Shown here one piece after another: positions 60,219 to 64,000 of a DNA stretch of 64,000 nucleotides (its first letter is position 1; each line of letters opens with the position of its first letter). Source of the DNA: an uncultured Desulfohalobiaceae bacterium. Its GTDB lineage: Bacteria > Desulfobacterota > Desulfovibrionia > Desulfovibrionales > CAZUBS01. The position numbers and the translations under genes are program-made. The notes under the pieces are model-generated. The model made no database searches. It had not been told where the DNA came from and saw only the letters and a program-made list of their open reading frames with translations. The stretch is taken from positions 3,239 to 67,238 of the forward strand of contig CAZQOG010000001.1 in the NCBI GenBank assembly GCA_964594925.1, in the 5' to 3' direction.

Positions 60219-63200
60219 ATGAACATTTCAGATACAACCCAAGTCAGGGAGCTGCTCAAAAACTTTGTCCACGACAGCATCCCGGAATACATACTGGACG
60301 GTTCCCACCAGATCGTGTCCCACGACGGGGTCCAGAAGGTCGATCTCAAGGAGCGGGACCACTTCCTGGACATCGACGGCCGCATCCAGGCCGAGGACTT
60401 CCAGGTCTACAACTCCGAGATAGGCGTCAACCTGAGCGATGGGACGGTCAACTTCTACTGCAACTGCCCCGACTCCTTTTCCGGAGTCTGCCGCCATGTC
60501 GGTGCCACGGCCATCAAGCTCCTTAACTCCCTGGAGAGCGAGGACGCCACCGGCACGGCGCCGAAACCGCGCACCGACTGGCGCCAGAACTTCAGGTCCT
60601 TCTTTGCCACGGCGCCCGAGCCGGAACCCGGCAACCACTACCTCATCTACCGCTTCTACCCTGAGCCGGAACGGCTGCAGGTGGCCTTTTTCCGGGCCCG
60701 CCAGAACAAGACCGGCCTGTCCTCGGTGCAGAACGAAGTCTCCCTGGAACAGATCGTGCGCAACCCCGACTGGAGCGAGATGGCCCCGGGCCTGCCCCAG
60801 GTCCTGGAAAGCATCGGGCAGCACAACGACTACTACGGGCACCGCATCGAGATCCCCCCGGGGCTGCTGACCTGGTTTTTCTGGACCATCAAGGACGAGT
60901 TCTACCTCTTCTGGGAGGAGAGCGAGCAGCCGCTGCGCATCGTGTCCAACACCATGCGCCTCCAGGTCAAGCCGCAGCTCTCCGAGGACGGGCTCAGCTT
61001 CGACATCATGCTCGGCAGGGAAGGCAAAGTGCCCTTCTCCATCGGGGGGGAGGAGGTCTTCTTTTTCGGCACCATGCCCCTGTGGGTGTGCTGGAAGCAC
61101 GCCTTCTACCCGGTGCAGACCAGCCTGGGCTCCAAGCTGGTCCAGGAGCTGGTCCAGGACTCCCCCATCATTCCCCACGGCGAGATATCCGAGTTTCTGG
61201 ACCGGGTCTGGACCAAGATCCCCTCCTCCGACCTCTTCGGCCAGGAGGAGTTTCTGGAACGCATGCAGCCCATCTTCGTGCCGGCGCGGTTCAACCCCAA
61301 GCTCTTCCTGGACGAGGAGGGCAGCCTGCTGACCCTGGAGATCCAGTGCGTCTACGAGACCGAGCACGGGGAGGTCACCCTGCCGGGGCCCAACCCCGAC
61401 CTGCAGACCGGGAGCTACCACTTCGAGGGCAAGCCCTTTTTGCTCCGGCGTGAGCAGGAGCGCGAGTCGGAGCTGCTGACCAAGCTCATGGACATGGACT
61501 TCCAGCCCCGGAACAACGCCATCTGGTTCCTGGAGACCGAGGAGGCCATCACCTTCCTGCTCGACCACTACCCCACCCTGGTTCAGGACTACCGCGTCTA
61601 CGGAGAGCAGAACCTGACCCGTTACAAGGTCCGGCTCACCCCCCCCACCATCGTGGCCAACGTGGAGTCGGACAAGGAGGAGGGAGGCAAGTGGTTCGAC
61701 CTGGACCTGGCCGTGGAGTACGACGACATCCGGGTGCCCATCGACAAGATCTGGAAGGCCTGGACCCAGGGCAAGCGCTACGTCCAGCTCAAAGACGGCT
61801 CCTACACCAGCCTGCCCGAGTCCTGGCTGAAAAAGCTCGGCCACAAGCTGGAAGCCATGGGACTGGACCCGGAAAAACCCGTCAAGAGCCGCTTCAAGCA
61901 GTACGAGGCGCCCCTGCTGGACAAGCTTCTCGAAGACCTTCCCGAGGTGCACACCGACTCCTTCTGGAACGAGCTCCGGGAGAAGATCCACACCTTCGAG
62001 ACCATCCGGCAGCTCAAGCCCCCCAAGGGGCTGGACGCCAGCCTGCGCGGCTACCAGCAGCAGGGGCTGAACTTCCTCAACTTTTTGCGGGAGTACAACT
62101 TCGGCGGCATTCTGGCGGACGAGATGGGGCTGGGCAAGACCGTTCAGACCCTGGCCTTTCTGCAGCACATGGTGGAAAAGGGCCAGGGGGGCCCCAACCT
62201 CATCGTGGTCCCCACCTCGGTTCTGCCCAACTGGGAACGGGAGGGACAGAAGTTCGTGCCCGGGCTCAAGCGGCTGGTCATCTACGGCTCGCGCAGGGAG
62301 CACCTCTTCGACGAGATCCCCGGCTCAGACCTGATCATCACCACCTACGCCCTGCTCAGGCGGGACCTGGACGACCTGCTCAAGCACGAGTTCAACACCG
62401 TGATCCTTGACGAGGCCCAGAACATCAAGAACCCCAACACCATCACCGCGCGCTCGGTGCGCAAGCTCAACGCACGCTTCCGCCTCTGCCTCTCCGGAAC
62501 CCCCATCGAAAACAACCTGCTCGAGCTGTGGTCGCTGTTCGAGTTCCTGATGCCAGGCTTCCTCGGCTCCCAGAACGCCTTTCAGAAAGGCTTTGTCAAA
62601 CCCATCCGGGACGGCGACCAGGAAAGCCTGGAGTACCTGCGTCTGCGGGTCAAGCCGTTCATCCTCAGGCGAACCAAGAACGAGGTGGCCAAGGACCTGC
62701 CCCCCAAGGTGGAGAACGTCTACTACTCGGCGCTCATCGACGAGCAGAAGGAGCTCTACTCCTTGCTGGCGAACAGGCTCAAGGAGCAGGTCCTCAGGGA
62801 CGTGGAGCAGCGGGGCATCTCCCAGAGCCAGATGTCGATCCTGGACGCCCTGCTCAAGCTGCGCCAGATCTGCTGCCACCCCAGACTGCTCAAGCTGGAC
62901 ATCCCCGGGGTGTCCACCAACCTGCCCTCGGGCAAGTTCGAGGCCTTCAAGGACCTGGTCACCGGCATCATCGAGGACCGGCAGCACAAGGTATTGGTCT
63001 TCTCCCAGTTCGTGCAGATGCTCAAGATCATCCGCTCCTGGCTGCAGCTGTCCAACATCCCCTTCTCCTACCTGGACGGGGCCAGCAAGGACCGCATCGA
63101 GCAGGTGGACCAGTTCAACACCAACCCGGACATCCCCATCTTCCTCATCTCCCTCAAGGCTGGGGGCACCGGGCTCAACCTGACCGCTGCCGACTACGTC

Positions 63201-63437
63201 ATCCACTACGACCCCTGGTGGAACCCGGCCGTGGAAAGCCAGGCCACCGACCGCACCCACCGTATCGGGCAGACCAGGAAGGTCTTCTCCTACAAAATGA
63301 TCTGCGAGAACACCGTGGAGGAGAAGATCCTCAAGCTCCAGGAGCAGAAGCGCGGCGTGGCCGAGGCCATCATCCCGGGCACCGACCACTGGAAATCCAT
63401 CACCCGCAACGACCTGGAGATGCTGTTCGACGTGTGA
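60219..63437 (+). CDS. SNF2-family helicase with N-terminal SWIM zinc finger
   Basis: ATG at 60219 (MNISDTTQV; track ORF starts at 60138). SWIM CNCPDSFSGVCRHVGA. Motif I LADEMGLGKTVQ, motif II ILDEAQNIKN, motif VI QATDRTHRIGQ. Confidence 0.9.
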   Translation: MNISDTTQVRELLKNFVHDSIPEYILDGSHQIVSHDGVQKVDLKERDHFLDIDGRIQAEDFQVYNSEIGVNLSDGTVNFYCNCPDSFSGVCRHVGATAIKLLNSLESEDATGTAPKPRTDWRQNFRSFFATAPEPEPGNHYLIYRFYPEPERLQVAFFRARQNKTGLSSVQNEVSLEQIVRNPDWSEMAPGLPQVLESIGQHNDYYGHRIEIPPGLLTWFFWTIKDEFYLFWEESEQPLRIVSNTMRLQVKPQLSEDGLSFDIMLGREGKVPFSIGGEEVFFFGTMPLWVCWKHAFYPVQTSLGSKLVQELVQDSPIIPHGEISEFLDRVWTKIPSSDLFGQEEFLERMQPIFVPARFNPKLFLDEEGSLLTLEIQCVYETEHGEVTLPGPNPDLQTGSYHFEGKPFLLRREQERESELLTKLMDMDFQPRNNAIWFLETEEAITFLLDHYPTLVQDYRVYGEQNLTRYKVRLTPPTIVANVESDKEEGGKWFDLDLAVEYDDIRVPIDKIWKAWTQGKRYVQLKDGSYTSLPESWLKKLGHKLEAMGLDPEKPVKSRFKQYEAPLLDKLLEDLPEVHTDSFWNELREKIHTFETIRQLKPPKGLDASLRGYQQQGLNFLNFLREYNFGGILADEMGLGKTVQTLAFLQHMVEKGQGGPNLIVVPTSVLPNWEREGQKFVPGLKRLVIYGSRREHLFDEIPGSDLIITTYALLRRDLDDLLKHEFNTVILDEAQNIKNPNTITARSVRKLNARFRLCLSGTPIENNLLELWSLFEFLMPGFLGSQNAFQKGFVKPIRDGDQESLEYLRLRVKPFILRRTKNEVAKDLPPKVENVYYSALIDEQKELYSLLANRLKEQVLRDVEQRGISQSQMSILDALLKLRQICCHPRLLKLDIPGVSTNLPSGKFEAFKDLVTGIIEDRQHKVLVFSQFVQMLKIIRSWLQLSNIPFSYLDGASKDRIEQVDQFNTNPDIPIFLISLKAGGTGLNLTAADYVIHYDPWWNPAVESQATDRTHRIGQTRKVFSYKMICENTVEEKILKLQEQKRGVAEAIIPGTDHWKSITRNDLEMLFDV

Positions 63438-63438
63438 A

Positions 63439-63473
63439 GAAGCTCGAAGCTGGAAGCTCGAAGCTGGAAGCAA
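63439..63473 (+). repeat. heptad element (family A)
   Basis: GAAGCT at 63439, 63446, 63453 and 63460, then GAAGCAAGAGG. Starts 2 nt after the helicase stop TGA (63435-63437). Confidence 0.85.
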
Positions 63474-63494
63474 GAGGGTTTTGAAGATTCTGAT

Positions 63495-63524
63495 TCTGGT
63501 AGGGGCGCGTGGTACGCGCCCTTC
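63495..63524. repeat. single REP hairpin (half of a family C REPIN)
   Basis: TCTGGTAGGGGCGCGTGGTACGCGCCCTTC. Confidence 0.7.
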
Positions 63525-63585
63525 TTCGACGGAATGACGGTCCCAGCAAGAAACCAGTTTACCAGCGGATCACGTACAAATGCGC

Positions 63586-63620
63586 AAAAAAAATGCCGGG
63601 AATTTCTCCGGCATTTTTTA
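63586..63620. terminator. bidirectional intrinsic terminator between the helicase gene and ssb
   Basis: A8-TGCCGG-GAATTTCT-CCGGCA-T6ATTT. Confidence 0.7.
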
Positions 63621-63633
63621 TTTGAATTTGTTT

Positions 63634-63744
63634 TGAACTTTCTTGCTTCAAGCTTCCAGCTTGCTTTATCCTTCCTTACGACTTCGAACTTCGAACTTCG
63701 AACTTTCTTACTTTGAGCTTTGAGCTTTCAGCTTTGAGCTTTCT
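63634..63744 (-). repeat. heptad element (family A) abutting the ssb stop
   Basis: The sense (minus) strand reads TGA|AGAAAGCTCAAAGCTGAAAGCTCAAAGCTCAAAGTAAGAAAGTTCGAAGTTCGAAGTTCGAAGTCGTAAGGAAGGATAAAGCAAGCTGGAAGCTTGAAGCAAGAAAG. Confidence 0.85.
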
Positions 63745-64000
63745 TCAAAACGGCACGTCGTCCATGGCGCTGGCTTCCGAGGGGAAAGCCGGGCCAAGGT
63801 CCTCGTTGTCTTCTTCGGGTTTCTGCTGGCCCCCTTTCTGGCGCTGGTCCTGGGGGGCCGATGCCACGCCGGCGCCCGACCCCTTGGAGTCCATGAAGTT
63901 GACCCGAAGGGCCTTGACCTCGGTGGTGTAGCGCTTCTGGCCCTGCTGGTCCTCCCACTGCCGGGTCTGGAGGCTCCCTTCGACCAGGACCAGCCGCCCC
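63745..64000 (-). CDS. ssb: single-stranded DNA-binding protein, N-terminal part outside the window
   Basis: Own translation (not in ORF track): ...[40 protein letters not shown]...Gly/Gln-rich linker...[10 protein letters not shown]-stop. OB-fold end plus the acidic DDVPF tip typical of SSB. Confidence 0.85.
   Translation of the reverse strand, partial: GRLVLVEGSLQTRQWEDQQGQKRYTTEVKALRVNFMDSKGSGAGVASAPQDQRQKGGQQKPEEDNEDLGPAFPSEASAMDDVPF

Noticed and set aside
60219-63437. SNF2/SWIM helicase as part of an anti-phage defence system (DISARM/Zorya-like).
   Set aside because: No partner genes (methyltransferase, PLD/DUF1998, ZorABC-like, nuclease) are adjacent. Its neighbours are relA/spoT and ssb, and terminators and repeats separate it from them. 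It looks like the widespread stand-alone SWIM-SNF2 housekeeping helicase.

Overview
GC-rich bacterial chromosomal segment. Gene content and the chemosensory/EPS organisation look deltaproteobacterial (Desulfobacterota-like), but the taxon cannot be verified from sequence alone. All protein calls come from motifs read in the supplied translations or in my own; no database search was run.

Gene layout:
- 1-23.4 kb, mostly minus strand, is a surface-polysaccharide region. It holds nucleotide-sugar genes (phosphohexomutase, TviC/WbpP-like epimerase, fcl, gmd, manC, TviB/WbpO-like dehydrogenase) and PAPS supply genes (sat-APS kinase fusion, cysQ). A five-gene export/chain-length module resembling PEP-CTERM-type EPS loci follows, headed by an RHH-PilZ gene.
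- 24-41 kb: LuxR-type response regulator, TrkA/Usp protein plus CPA2 antiporter, mutY, tamA-tamB, XerC/D-like recombinase, REC-GGDEF, HDOD, dprA.
- 41.8-53.5 kb: a che cluster with no MCP gene (cheA, cheY, ParP-like CheW, ParC-like ATPase, PilZ, cheR, HEAT protein, cheB, REC-GAF-HD-GYP).
- After that: tRNA-Pro(CGG), a vWA/OmpA protein, pncB, relA/spoT, an SNF2/SWIM helicase and a partial ssb.
- A RAYT-type HUH transposase is cut by the left edge. An MntA-HepT toxin-antitoxin pair has a frameshifted hepT.

The most unusual property is non-genic. Nearly every intergenic gap is filled with structured repeats from at least seven families:
- heptad GAAGCTN elements;
- inverted (GTTTTAG)n arrays;
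- phased AATTCGTG decamer arrays;
- GTAG-flanked REPINs;
- a 150-bp TIR element;
- GGTTCTTCGAC-ended shells with nested inserts;
- GTCATTCCGG hairpins.

The heptad elements are co-oriented with transcription and abut stop codons. One copy sits in frame inside fcl, and another extends the xerC/D reading frame.
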